NCBI GenBank assembly: GCA_030390025.1
Contig: CM059433.1
Span: 15,130,001 to 15,194,000, forward strand
Source of the DNA: Squalus acanthias
Taxonomy: Eukaryota
Length of the DNA: 64,000 nucleotides
Direction: 5' to 3'
Part shown: positions 12,400 through 25,170 of the stretch, one piece after another
Position numbering within the stretch: position 1 is the stretch's first letter
How the letters are laid out: every line of letters starts with the position of its first letter
Notes under the pieces: model-generated
Database searches by the model: none
What the model was told of the DNA's origin: nothing
What the model saw: only the letters and a program-made list of their open reading frames with translations
Translations under genes and position numbers: made by a program

Positions 12400-14745
12400 T
12401 GCCTCTTCCGTGTGCTTTTGCCTCTCCTTGTGCTTCTACGAGGTGCTTCCCCAGTGGCTACAGCATGGCTGGTGGAAGGCTGCTGAACTTTAGTTGAGAA
12501 GACAGTAGACAGCCTTGGAAGGCGACCTCAAGTAGCTCTGGGCCCAGAATTCCCGGCTTCAGACTGCACCATCTCAGCCTGGCCTGCAGCAGTCTGGGCT
12601 GGCTGGCTGGCTGACAGGCAACAGCAAGGGCACTGGCAGAGTGGCAGGGGTGCAAGCACGAATGCTGTCCTCCTGAGAGAGGGCAGCAGGTTCATACTCC
12701 ATGGAGGCACTGCCACTCTCCAGGGGCGACACCTCAGCAATCCTAGTAATGTGTTGGAGATTCCAATAGGAAGTCCGCTGGATGCCATCTTCATAAAGGG
12801 GATATTGCAAGTGCACCTAACGGCCACTGGCAGTGTGCAGAGCAGGCAGATTATGATGTCAATCAGCATGCAACGCTGATTTGATGCAAGCGCTGCCATT
12901 TTGGAGCTCTGCGCTCCAGCCTACACCCTCTCTTAACCTCACACAGCTGAATGAGATATTAAATGGCATGAAGGACCCCTCACCGGCTCTATTTAAAGGG
13001 ATCATGAACTACTTATAGAATAGTTGCTGGATAATTTCTTCTGGCTGTGCTGCAATTCTACGGATTTTGAGTGTTTTTCCATACGTGTTTAAAGTTATAA
13101 AAGTCTACAGAGATTGGTCTAGGTGACTGAAGAACTTTTTGGGGGCCTTAAAGGCTTGTGCACAAATCAGTTGCTCCAAGACATGGGTGGACTAGTAGGC
13201 CTTCCTCTTGTCATTCAGCATGACTGGGAGAATGAGCAGAGGCCACACGGAGGTGGACAAGCTGCTAGAAGAGGGAGGAGGAGGAGGGGAGAAGGGCTCT
13301 CAGCAGGAGGCCATATCCGCAGTGGGTCTTTAGGGAGCAGATCTGTTGGAGAACAGATTGCTGGGCTGCTGTGACACCCGAGAAGTCCCTTTGCACACTG
13401 GCAGTCAGAGCCATGATGGCAGCAGTCTGAGCTTCCACTACAGCACTCCGACGTTGAGTAGATGCTGCTTGTGCTGCAATAGAAGCTGAGGCATCGGCCA
13501 TCAGACGCTGCATCATGGTGGGTTCCGCAAGTGTTTTGATGGAGGTGACCACACATTCCATGTTGGAAAGGGTGGGCTCCAAGCTCTGCGCAAAGCCCTG
13601 TGCCAAGATGGTGCCAGGACTCCTCCATGCTCCTTGACATTGAACGCAGGCTTTCCGGCAGGCTTCCCAGTGCACCAAGCATTTGGGTGTGTACACCCAT
13701 CAGACTTCTTCTGTAGCCTGGTCCATCGAAGTCCTCATCTGAGTCCTCTGCAGCAGAACTAGTGTGCGACAGCGCCATCTGGTGAGCTGGCACCTGTGCT
13801 ATCCTTTTTCCTAGCCCTGGCTCCAGCGTACTTGTGCCCAGTGTCTCACTACGTGCAGATCCCACCTCTGTCCTATCCTCTAAATGACGTGCATTGTCAG
13901 TATCTGAGCTGGTGGCTGCGACTGTGAAATCGAGTGATGGAGTCCTTTCTTCCTGCTCTTCCTCCACTGATTGGGCAGGTTCCAGTTCTTGATTATCTGA
14001 AATGAAAAAGCAACAAGAGTAGGGTTGTGTTGAGGAGAGAGGAGAAAGTGAGAAGTGCATGCTTACACCATCTGCAGCTTGTAAACCAGAAGAGATTGAG
14101 GGATGAGAGAGAAATGGAATGAGAGAAGGAGGATTAGGTATGAGGATACCCTCTTCTTCAATTGCTTCATCCCTTTTGTCAGTCAATCTCTCCTGCCTTC
14201 CATCCTATCGCAGACCTTCCCTTTGTTCTTTCCTCCCCACCCCTGCTTAAAAATCTCTCTTCTCTAGCCTTTTCCAGTTCTGACGATGGGTCCCCGACTT
14301 GAAACGTTAACTCTGTTTCTCTCTCCACAATGCTGCCAGATCTGCTGAGTGTTTCCAGCATTTTCTGTTGTTATTAAAGCATATGAATGTTTGGTATGAG
14401 TCCTGTTTGATAGAGATTGTTGGTAAGTGAGTGTTGTGGGTGTGGTGAATTGAGCGTAGATGAGGCTAGTGGTGCAGTTGGTAGGATACGGCCTTTGAAG
14501 ACGCACTCACTGACCTTGACAACTCGTGTGAGATTATTAACCACCTTCCTGCACTGCATCCAGGTCCTTGGGGCTACACTCCTGGCATTGACCTCCTCCG
14601 CTATCTCTTGCCACTGTCTTCTAACCATGTGTCTGGAGGACCTCCGGCCCCCTGAGGATACAGGACATCTCTCCTTCTTTCCAGCTTTTCCAGCAAGACC
14701 TCCAGAGCAGCATCCGAAAACCTTGGTGCAGCTCTCTTCCATGGT
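12400..14745 (-). pseudogene. Harbinger Myb/SANT-like DNA-binding protein gene, multi-exon and decayed
   Basis: RRQWQEIAEEVNARSVAPRTWMQCRKVVNNLTRVVK, followed by later exons with acidic and coiled-coil segments. Confidence 0.8.
12770..13340 (+). mobile_element. Second copy of the Harbinger left-end promoter region and transposase start, nested in the Myb gene
   Basis: Near-copy of about 7950-8530 (MGGLVG...HDWENEQRP...GQAARRGRRRR). Confidence 0.75.
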
Positions 14746-16045
14746 CAGCCATTGTTGATTCTTCCACAGCACACTATTCAGAATGATCTCAGCCCCACCA
14801 GTAGCCACAAGGCACCTCCCCTTTAAGAGGTGCAGGCTAACTTTAAGTAGTGCTAGTCACTAACAATATTGGGCCCCCTGCTGATGCGTGCAGCCAATGA
14901 ACAGCGCAGGGAGCACTGGCTGCATGCAGCAATCATGGAAATGAGCAGGCAGCACAGAGTTGGCATTCTGCCTGCATTGCAATCAACAGGCGTGGGTTAA
15001 TCGCGCATTGCAATCCCTGCGCTTGTTTTCGGGTCTTATCCAATTTAACCCCCTCTATGTTTTAAACACACGCCTGGCAAAGATTTGAGCAAGCAATTAT
15101 TAAAAATCTATCTAACTATGGAATTTCAACAAATCCTGATTGCTATTAAAATTCATATTGGAATAATAATGAACAGAATATATACAGAGTATCGCAACCT
15201 TTAATAATCAATAAATATAAATCTGGCATTAAAATTATTGCATATGACCATAGAACCACTTGTTCATATATAAGTAGTTATTACATAAACCAGGAGAAAC
15301 AAAATGCAGGTAGTAAATGTCTATTGCTTGAAAGATAAGGGAAAAAAGGGAAAAATGTCCTATGCACTTTTATTTAATCAATCCCTAATGGCTCATGAAT
15401 GGATTTGGCCTGTATTCTGTGGGGAAATACTAAGTTACTTTCAAAAATTGTTATAGGTCCTGTGTCCATTCCTCAAAATATTTTTACAAGCTGCATGAGG
15501 TCATCAGTTACACCTTATCTGGGCAAAATCCCATATACATCTTATGTCCATGCACACTTTCTGTCTGCAAAACCTCACTTCCTGTTGCCATGTTTGTGTC
15601 ACACTTTTCTGTCAGCTTTTTCCATATCTAATCCTATGGTCACATTTACAATGGAAATTTTCTATGTAAACTTGTCACATTGTACTTGAACCCTCCTGCC
15701 AGAGGTGACACTGCAGCACCTCAGTTTTGCAACCACCAGTTCCTCAGCCTATACTGCCCTGAAAGTCCTATACTTCAACCAACTCCACTTCTCTGCTTCC
15801 CAAATTGCTGTAAGTTTTGCTATTTAACTGTAAATAATATCAAATCAAATGATTATGTAAAAATAGATACAGAATGTATGACCAAAAATGGGGACTGAAT
15901 TATATATTCACTTCCTGTGTGTGATGTCATGGGAGATAGACAACTGTATGTATGATGTTTAAAGGTCAGAGAAAAGGACAACATTAGACACTTCCAAAGG
16001 AAGTGTACTAGAGTGTCCACTTCAATTCAGGAACAAACCAATTAC

Positions 16046-16181
16046 AAAATAATTGATTCCTGATACTTGGGAACAACTGGATTGATTTTCTTTTATCAAT
16101 TTATTTGGATAAGGCTGGCTAAGCTCTTTATCGAAGAATATTTTCAGTAGACTTTCAATTGTATCAAAAGATATGATTGCC
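16046..16181 (-). CDS. Candidate internal exon of an unidentified host gene
   Basis: Strong acceptor ttttcattttgttttcttatcacttgcag; open frame AIISFDTIESLLKIFFDKELSQPYPNKLIKENQ...; phase matches the exon at 20240-20460; the donor gtaatt is weak. Confidence 0.4.
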
Positions 16182-16610
16182 CTGCAAGTGATAAGAAAAC
16201 AAAATGAAAACAGGATTTGACAGGTATCACTGGTAAACAGCACTGATAAATATTTGATCTTGTTGTTCTCCCACAAGTCCTCTAGATAGAAAGCCTACAA
16301 TCCAATTAAGGCACAAAAAACACACACTGAAACCTGAAGGGGAGGGGAACACTAATCCATTCCAGTGTAAGCTTGAAAGTTGTCTAAAAACACCACTCTT
16401 TGGTGTCTTCAAAGAAGCTGGACATAATTTGCGCTTGAAATTCCTCGATCTTTTGCCTGGTTTGGCTGATTTCAAGCGGATTGCACTGAAAAAACCAATG
16501 CATCCTAACCTGATGTTTCAAGGTCAGAAAAAAAGGAGAATATTAGACACTGCAGTGCTGTACTTGAATTATAGCCGCATTACTGTTGTTTGTGAGCTAC
16601 ACAAAGGAGT

Positions 16611-17592
16611 CAACAACAACAACAACAACTTGTATTCATATAGCGCCTTTAACATAGTAAAACGTCCCAAGGCGCTTCACAGTATTAAAAGACAAAAAAT
16701 TTGACACCGAGCCACATAAAGAGAAATTAGGGCAGGTGACCAAAAGCTTGGTCAAAGAGGTAGGTTTTAAGGAGTGTCTTAAAGGAGGAAAGAGAGGTAG
16801 CGAGGCGGAGAGGTTTAGGCAGGGAATTCCAGAGCTTAGGGCCTAGACAACAGAAGGCACGGCCACCAATGGTTGAGCGATTATAATCAGGGATGCTCAA
16901 GAGGGCAGAATTAGAGGAGCGCAGATATCTCAGGGGGGTTGTGGGGCTGAAGGAGATTACAGAGATAGGGAGGGACGAGGCCATGGAGGGATTTGTAAAC
17001 AAGGATGAGAATTTTGAAATCGAGGCGTTGCTTAACCGAGAGCCAATGTAGGTCAGCGAGCATAGGGGAGATGGGTGAACGGGACTTGGTGCGAGTTAGG
17101 ACACGGACAGCCGAGTTTTGGATGACCTAAAAGTTTACATAGGGTAGAATGTGGGAGGCCAGCCAGGAGTGCGTTGGAATAGTCAAGTCTAGAGGATTTC
17201 AGCAGTGGATGAGCTGAGGCAAGGGCGGAAACGGGCGATATTATGGAGGTGGATATAGGTGGTCTTAATTATGCTGCGGATATGTGGTCGGAAGCTCATT
17301 TCAGGGTCAAATATGACACCAAGGTTGCGAACAGTGTGGTTCAGCCTCAGACAGATGTTAGGGAGAGGGATCGAATCAATGGCTAGGGAACGGAGCTTGT
17401 GGCGAGGACCGAAAACAATGGCTTTGGTCTTCCCAATATTTAATTGGAGAAAATTTCTGCTCATCCAGAACTGGATGTCGGACAAGCAGTCTGACAATTC
17501 AGAGACTGTGGAGGGGTTCAGAGAAGTGGTGGTGAGGTAGAGCTGGGTGTCGTCAGCATACATGTGGAAACTGACGCTGTGTTTTCGGATGA
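16611..17592 (-). mobile_element. L2 LINE 3' portion
   Basis: MYADDTQLY, WMSRNFLQLNIGKTK and GGRAFCCLGPKLWNSLP motifs, with a (TTG)n tail. Confidence 0.92.
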
Positions 17593-18274
17593 GTCACTCT
17601 GCATATTTTAAGTTGTACTAAAAAAAGAAATACTTAGAACATTAACTATTTAAATTGGACTTACAGATACTTTTTGTTGTTTGGTAAGACTATTGCTCCC
17701 CCACCTATTTCCTTGTAGTTAAGGTATAGAAGAACCTCAAAATTTTAGAGACAGCTAAAGATCATAGCCTGAATGTTCTGAGTCAGAGACATCTCCAGCA
17801 GGGTAGGACTTTCGTCCACCGCGGATGTGTCCTCCTGACCCTGGCTGAATTTCAGATTGAAGCGTCAGTAATATAATATAGGCTTTGCCAGAGAGTCCCA
17901 TGAGATTCAGGACATAAATCAGAAGTAGCGGGCCATGGATGCTTACCAGAGAGTGAGCGTCAGCAGCCTCGGAATCACCAATAAAAAATAAAATGAAAAC
18001 AAATTTTTAAAAATTTACTTGCGTCGTCTAGGCATTGTGTGTGCCCTTTTATAGATCAAATACCACCTACCAACTTCTGACCAATCATATTCTTTAATCC
18101 ATTGTTTTTTTGCAGAATCACATCATTTGTTTATTGAACCCAGTTACACTTTTCACTTCAATACCCTTCAACAACAATGCCTTTAACATAGCAAAATGGC
18201 CCAAGGCACTTCAAAGGAGCGTTCCCTGGTAACTTATCCCACAATTCCCTTATTCTATGACTGGAAGAGTTTTG

Positions 18275-18386
18275 ATGCGGAGATGCCGGTGTTGGACTTC
18301 ACCTGACGAAGGAGCAGCAGCTCCGAAAGCTTGTGATTTCAAATAAAACTGTTGGACTATAACCTGGTGTTGTGCGACTTCTCATT
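18275..18386. mobile_element. Penelope-like terminal-repeat insertion in an old CR1 fragment
   Basis: Same sequence as the repeat downstream of the GIY-YIG ORF (22335-22460), flanked by the direct repeat TGGAAGAGTTTTG. Confidence 0.8.
18303..18332 (+). ncRNA. Minimal hammerhead ribozyme core motif (Penelope type)
   Basis: CTGACGA-a-GGAGC-agca-GCTCC-GAAA followed by the palindrome AAGCTT; other copies at 22335 and 24880 (+) and about 24864 (-). Confidence 0.65.
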
Positions 18387-18849
18387 TGGAAGAGTTTTGT
18401 ATGACTTCCCTTCTATCTCCTAACTTCCAAATTTGAATTGTGCATTTGAACCTTTCATCAGAGCAAACAATTGGACTGGATCAGTTTTGCCAATTCTGTT
18501 TATAAGTTTATTCTTGAAAACTTCAATAATTTATCTTAAAATCTCCGCTTTTCCGAATAAAACAAGCCCAACTTCCTTAGGTTTTATCATATTTTACTTC
18601 CTGATACCAGAGTCATCTTTGTTGCTTGTTTCTCTACCCTCTCAAAGGCACAAATAGCCTTCCTATGATGAGGTATCCAGAACTGGAGACAGTACTCCAG
18701 ATGGGTTGTGACCAATGTTTTATTGGTAACATTGCAACCTCTTTAGACTTGCAGTCTACATGCCCGATTTTGCAACAGTAACAAAAATGGGGTTGAGCTG
18801 GCCTATGGCATACCTGTGGCGGCAACTCAAAGGGCTAGTTGCAATGAAT

Positions 18850-19490
18850 GTACTCGTCCTTCACCATGATTAGAATAGCCCAGTTGTACATGGAATATAT
18901 GTTCAGGGAGCTTATTCAGGAAAACACACGGCTGGGGAGTGTGAAATATGGAGAGGCAGCAGGTCTTCAAGGGTGGTGTGAACAGAAAAGTGGACTAATT
19001 GTACAGTGAGATATGTGGACAACAGTGCTCCCTTAGTCCTGAAGAGTTGGAGGCACTGGCGCCGAAGGTGCAACAAGAGCCTTCCAAGGGCGGAAGGCTA
19101 TCCTCCCCTAAAATAAAGGTGGAAGGTGCCTGGAGGGAGGTTTCAGACTGAGTCCGTGCAGTCACTAGGTCCCACATACCTTGCTGCAAAGGATGAAGAA
19201 GTTTGCTGGTCTCAGGAGAAAGGTGAAGGAATGTGTGCTCCTCACTTTTGCCACCTGTTTCTTGTGAGGCCAGTCAAGCATGACACCAACTTAAGTTGGG
19301 GACTACTCAATGAGGCACCATTTAAAGCATTATGCATTACCAATGCCTTTTTTCATACCACCCAAAGCCCTTTTGAAGGCTGGCAAGTGGAAATGCTGCT
19401 GCACAAGGGGAATTGCGGTGGGCTGCCCTCTTTGGCAATCCAGGGCACCCTCTTCCAAAGACAACAATGCCTCATGCCTGACAGGAGGTA
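18850..19490 (-). mobile_element. Possible very old L1/Tx1-type LINE remnant
   Basis: Only faint resemblance to the C-terminal zinc-finger region (…TVVHI…); heavily decayed. Confidence 0.25.
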
Positions 19491-19509
19491 GCAGCTAGAC
19501 TTGATGTTA

Positions 19510-19950
19510 TCCTTTTTTTATTATTGATTCTCAGGATGTGGGCATCGCTGGCAAGGCAAGCATTTATTGCACATCTCAAGTTGCCCTGAGAAAGTGGTGG
19601 TGGGCCGTCTTCCTAAACCACTGAAGTCCGTATGATGAAGGTGCCCAGCAGTTTGATACAGCTAAGTGGCTTGCCATGCCATTTCAGGAATCAGTTAAAT
19701 GTTATCCAAGTTGATGTGGGACTGGAGTCACATAGAAGTCAAACAGGGTAACGATGGCAGGTTTCCTTGCCTGAAGGGCATTAGTGAACAAGTTGGGTTT
19801 TTACTGACACCAACTTTTTATTTCCAGTTTTTTTTTAACTGAATTCAAATTCTCAAACTGCTATGATGGGATTTAGAACTGACGTTGGATCATTGGTCCA
19901 GGCCTCTGGATTACTCGTCCAGTAACAGAACCATTAAACTACTGTACCTC
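19510..19950 (-). mobile_element. tRNA-derived SINE sharing its 3' tail with the CR1-group LINE
   Basis: Tail gatgtgggcatcgctggcaagg...catttattg and core ggcattagtgaacaagttgggtttttac match 37879-38305. Confidence 0.8.
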
Positions 19951-20239
19951 TTGCATCGATGATTTTAAATGGATGGGCAATCAGCCATTGCACCCAAAGC
20001 ACACAATCATGGAACCAGCCCTTGCAGAAAGAAATGGCATATCTTAAGGAAGTTACCAAAATAAGTTAATAGGTAGATGTCTCAAGTGTGTCTCCTGCAA
20101 AGTGTTTCCTGTCATCCCTTCATGTTGATGAGCCATAGCAAACTCTCTCACAACCTTATAGCACTTTCATTGCTTCTCATACATATCCATACCCCAGCAG
20201 GACACACGTTTTTACAATTAAAAGGCTTGGCAGACTCAC

Positions 20240-20460
20240 ATCTTCAAAGGTGATCTCACATAACCATATTGGAACACAACCAACCTGCATGACTGACACA
20301 TATGAGAAGCTGAAATTGGGACAATTCTGTCACTGTGTATGTCTTTCTTCAACTTATGCCACTTGCAGACTACTTCACTGCTTGCATGACATTGTGACAT
20401 ATTACAAGAGAACAGACCCATCGTGGAAGTGTACTCATAAATTCCAAGCCTTAGATATCC
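20240..20460 (-). CDS. Candidate internal exon of an unidentified host gene
   Basis: Acceptor ttctgattcccttcag and donor at|gtgagt bound a 221-nt fully open frame, GYLRLGIYEYTSTMGLFSC...CRLVVFQYGYVRSPLK, in non-repetitive sequence. Confidence 0.5.
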
Positions 20461-21431
20461 CTGAAGGGAATCAGAATGTGTTATATTTTTAGGCTTTTAT
20501 CTGAGACAGTTTCCGAATTCTATAAACCAGTGGGTACCTATACCTACCCAATATCTAGGTCATTGTATTGAGCTCAGGGACCACCCAGAAATGCTTGTCA
20601 CTCTACTTTGTCTTTCTGTTTCCTTTGATTCAGAATTTTGATTATGGCCCAGAAATTGCTGGAAAAATAATAGCAAGTTAACGGCGCTCACCATTATCAG
20701 TTTGTAAAAAAGATCCAGCAATTCGTGGCGAGGAAGAGATAAGCAATGAGTCCCAATTCTACACAAATTGCTGGACGATTTGCGCCACTCCACTGTTAGC
20801 TCCGACAAAACTGAAACAATTGCGAGCTCGCAGTGAGCTTCCCCATTGAAGGTCATTGCGTGTGTTGAAATTGCTGGATGTACTCTGTTAATGCAAATTA
20901 ATCTCACCGCAGCCATTTAGGGCTGCTAATTTATGTCATAAGGACCCTGTTAATGACATTATTAATGGTCCTGACATGACACTCAACCAGAAAGGGAGCA
21001 ATGAAACTGTGGCGTCTCACTCTATCAGGTAGTAAATTGTTCCTAGAAGTTTATAAAAACTTTTTTTTCAAATCAATCTTGGCAGTACTTTTGTGCCAGT
21101 CTTTCCATCCGGACTCCTGTTAGTGTTTGTTGGAAGGCAATAATTTTCAGGATACAAAGTTGTTTCAACACTCAGAAATTCAAATTAGATAGATTTCTTT
21201 CAGAAAATAAGATTTTGCGACAGAGTATTTGAGACGCGGGCCGAAATTTTCCTTACCTCGGTGGGTCTGGTGTGGCAGGAGTCGGTGGCGGGTCACGACC
21301 CTGCTGCTAGCTCCATCCCGCTCTGGAAAATGATTTTTCATTGAGAGAGCTTATTAAGCCCGCCCAGCGTGTTTCCCGGTCCAATTAGAGGAAGCAGGTC
21401 TGGTGACGTCATTCATGACGCGTCATCAGCT

Positions 21432-22460
21432 ACCTCCTCAGAAGACGAACACGGGACACAACCAACAGAGTACCCTACGTCGTCCAGTACTTCCCCGGAG
21501 CGGAAAAACTACGCCATGTTCTTCGCAGCCTTCAACATGTCATCGATGACGACGAACACCTTGCTAAGGCCATCCCCACGCCTCCACTACTCGCCTTCAA
21601 GCAGCCGCCTAACCTCAAAAGTACCATCGTTCGCAGCAGATTACCCATCTTTCAGGCGAACAGCAACCAAGACACCACACAACCCTGCCACGGCAACCTC
21701 TGCAAGACATGCCAAATCATGGACACAGATACCATCATCACACGTGAGGACACTACCCACCAGGTACACGGTACATACTCATGTGACTCGGCCAACGTTA
21801 TCTACCTGATACGTTGCAGTAAAGGATGCTCCAGAGCATGGTACATCGGCGAGACCATGCAGACACTGAGACAACGTATGAACGGACACCGCGCAACAAT
21901 CGCCAGGCAGGAGGGTTGCCTCCCAGTCGGGGAACACTTCAGCAGCCAGGGGCATTCAGCCTCGGATATGCGGGTAAGCGTTCTCCAAGGCGGCCTTCGA
22001 AATACACGACAGCGCAAAATCATAGAGCAGAAACTGATAGCCAAGTTCCGCACTCATGAGGAGGGCCTCAATCGCGATATCGGGTTCATGTCACGATACA
22101 GAACGTGACTTGACATCATGGCCGGTCTTCCCAGGTGTTTTTTTTTTAAAAAGGCTAACACAAGAACCTACACAGATTGACAGGATATGCAGCCAGCAGG
22201 TGGTTTGACACGTTGGACCCCCTGGGACACATCTCATTGTCTTGGCTATGCTCTTTGATGTGGGAAAGATTTGAATATATTTTGTCTGTGTGTAAATTGT
22301 GAATTCTGGGAGATTCTCTCACTGCTAAACTTACCTGACGAAGGAGCGAACTGCTCTGAAAGCTTGTAAAATTAAATAAATCTGTTGGACTATAACCTGG
22401 TGTTGTGCGACTTCTCATTTTTGTCCACCCCAGTCCAACGCCGGCATCTCCACATCACAA
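21432..22460 (+). mobile_element. Penelope-like retroelement 3' part: GIY-YIG endonuclease plus terminal repeat
   Basis: PCHGNLCKTC zinc linker, then NVIYLIRC...WYIGET...LRQRMNGH...VGEHF...EQKLIAKFRTHEEGLN (ORF 21719-22108); hammerhead motif at 22335-22361. Confidence 0.92.
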
Positions 22461-24169
22461 CTTTATTTTGACAGTTGTGCTGTCAGTGTTCTACAGCATT
22501 GAGGTGCAGCAAACACTGACAATCACTGAACAAAGGTGCAGGGCTGCACCCAGGTTCTCCCATGACTCCCTCGATAAGCTTATGGAGGGAGTCACAGCAC
22601 ACAGGGAGGTCCTCTTCCCTTCCAATGGGCGGAAGAGACCTCCCCAGGAGACCAACACAACCTGGTTGCACATTGCAGAGGAGGTCACAAGCAGGGATGT
22701 GGTCAGGAAGACCTGGGTGCAGTGGCGCAAACCTTTCAATTATCTCATTAGATCACAAAACATTAGTATAAAGCCGCACTCACCTCATTCTGCTGTGCCT
22801 CTCATCACATCCTCATCACTCTGCCTTCCCTACCCTACTCTTGCACCATCACCCATCCCTCTCTCTCTATCTACATTATCATATCTCCATCTCACTAGCC
22901 ACCCCTCACACTCACCCTCATCCTAGTGCAATCATACCAACTAATAACACACAAGGGTAGCCACTTGGATGTTTTATCCAATGTTCATGTAAAATTTCTG
23001 TTAATGAGCTGTCAAACATTGAAACCTTTATTTTCAACAGTTTGCGTTCTTGGACAGATCTGTGCGCACCTTTGGAAGTGGCTTAGTGAGTTGCAGTGAA
23101 TGGTGAGACATAACTGTACCCACCGCAATGGTGGTGAGTGTGAAAGGAATGGCTTGGACATTGTAGGAATGCTTTATGGTGTTGGTGTGGGGTGGTGCCA
23201 ACCTGATGCATCATGTGGCAGCCAGGGCATACAGCATCAAGTGAAGTAAATCTGGACATGGTGAGGCCATCCCTGGACTCCCGGGCAGCAATGTGCTCAG
23301 GTGCTGATGCCCTGAGTCCTGTGCAGCATCAGGTGATTGCGGAGAAGGTTGGTGTTGTTTGTGCTGCTGGTGTTGGGGCTGATCGTGGTCGGATTCTGAA
23401 GACCAGGGTGAGACAATATAAAGGGCACCCATGTTGATGGAATAGATGGCAGGTGAAGTAGAGATGACAGAAGCATTCTGTCAATGGTGAGAGAGTTCTT
23501 CCAATGAGGTAAGAGTGGATGGAGAGTGGAACGTGGAAAGTCTGCAGAATCTATGCTGGAAATGGACTGAGAAACAGCTTGTGGCTGAGGAAAGTGATGA
23601 TATGTCATATGTGAGCTTTTACTGTACATTTGAAGCTGTCAAGTAATCAGCTGGAGCAATGGCCACTGAACTCCCGCCTCAGGTTGACAGTCGTAGTCCC
23701 TGAACAGTGTGGTTCCCGTGGCCCTGAAGTTAAAGTCAAAAGGTAAATTAAAAAAGCCTGTTAATCATCTGTCAACTAGATGCTAATGAGTTTAATTGGG
23801 TTGCCCGCTGTTGCCTGTCATGTCTGCTCACCGCTGACAGATCTGACATTGGGAAAGGTGCATTGTGGCGGATTGACAGCGGGGTCACAACCCGCTGTCA
23901 GAGCTTGCGTGGCATCAAGTTGAGACTGCATGAGAGCAGTCTGAAATTGGATGCCACCAAGCATAGAGTGCATTACGGCACTAAGACGTTGCGTTGCTTC
24001 TGCCTGTGCTGTAATGGAAGCTGCCAGATCGTTCATCACATGTGGCATCATGTCTGGGTTGTCACGGTTTCACTGGGAGTCTACCATCCTTTGCAGACTG
24101 GAAATGATGGGCTCCATGGTGTGCGCAGAGTCTTGTTCAATGTTGGAGGTGGACTCCTCCACACTCCTT

Positions 24170-25170
24170 ACCATTGCCAAGACTATCTCCAACAAGCGAG
24201 AGTCTAACCACCGCCCCTTGACATTCAATGGCATTACCATCGCCGAATCCCCCACCATTAACATCCTGGGGTCACCATTGACCAGAAACTTAACTGGACC
24301 AGCCACATAAATACTGTAGCAACAAGAGCAAGTCAGAGGCTAGGTATTCTGCGGCGAGTGTCTCACTTCCTGACTCCCCAAAGCCTTTCCACCATCTACA
24401 AGGCACAAGTAAGGAGTGTGATGGAATACTCTCCACTTGCCTGGATGAGTGCAGCTCCAACAGCACTCAAGAAGCTCAACACCATACAGGACAAATCAGC
24501 CCGCTTGATTGGCACCCCATCCACCACCTTAAACATTCACTCCCTCCACCACCGGCGTACTGTGGCTGCAGTGTGTACCATCTACAAGATGCACTGCAGC
24601 AACTTGCCAAGGCTTCTTCGGCAGCACCTCCCAAACCCGCGACCTCTTCCACCTAGAAGGACAAGGGCAGCAGATGCATGGGAACACCACCACCTCCAAG
24701 TTCCCCTCCAAGTCACACACCATCCTGACTTAGAAGTATATGTGATGCGGAGATGCCGGCGTTGGACTGGGGTGGACAAAAATGAGAAGTCGCACAACAC
24801 CAGGTTATAGTCCAACAGATTTATTTAAAATTACAAGCTTTCGGAGCTGTCGCCCCTTCGTCAGGCAAAGTAACTTTGCCTGACGAAGGGCCGACAGCTC
24901 CGAAAGCTTGTAATTTTAAATAAATCTGTTGGACTATAACCTGGTGTTGTGCGACTTCTCATTTTAGAAGTATATGGCCAATCCTTCATCGTCGCTGGAT
25001 CAAAATCCTGGAACTGCCTCCCTAACAGCACTGTGGGAGTACCTTCACCACACGGACTGCAGCGGTTCAAGAATGCGGCTCACCACCACCTTCTCAAGAT
25101 CAATTAGGGATGGGCAATAAATGCTGGCCTTGCCAGTGACGCCCACATCCCATCAACAAATTTTTTAAAA
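24170..25170 (+). mobile_element. CR1-group LINE 3' fragment (same family as 8702-11713)
   Basis: IYKAQVRSVMEYSPLAW...HSLHHRRTVAAVCTIYKMHC, with the tail gcaataaatgctggccttgccag. Confidence 0.9.
24743..24963. mobile_element. Inverted pair of Penelope-like terminal repeats forming a palindrome
   Basis: Arms of about 93 bp centred at 24872 with one mismatch; flanking direct repeat TTAGAAGTATATG. Confidence 0.9.

Larger units (their letters stand above)
7883..15053. mobile_element. Harbinger/PIF DNA transposon, decayed, with nested insertions
   Basis: Terminal inverted repeats gggggctaaatt / aatttaaccccc, with convergent transposase (+) and Myb/SANT (-) genes. Confidence 0.85.

Noticed and set aside
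13215..14186. 323-aa ORF as a host gene
   Set aside because: It is read-through of a Harbinger Myb-gene exon plus intron and nested fragments, and it resembles relics at 25312-25545 and 38507-39115.
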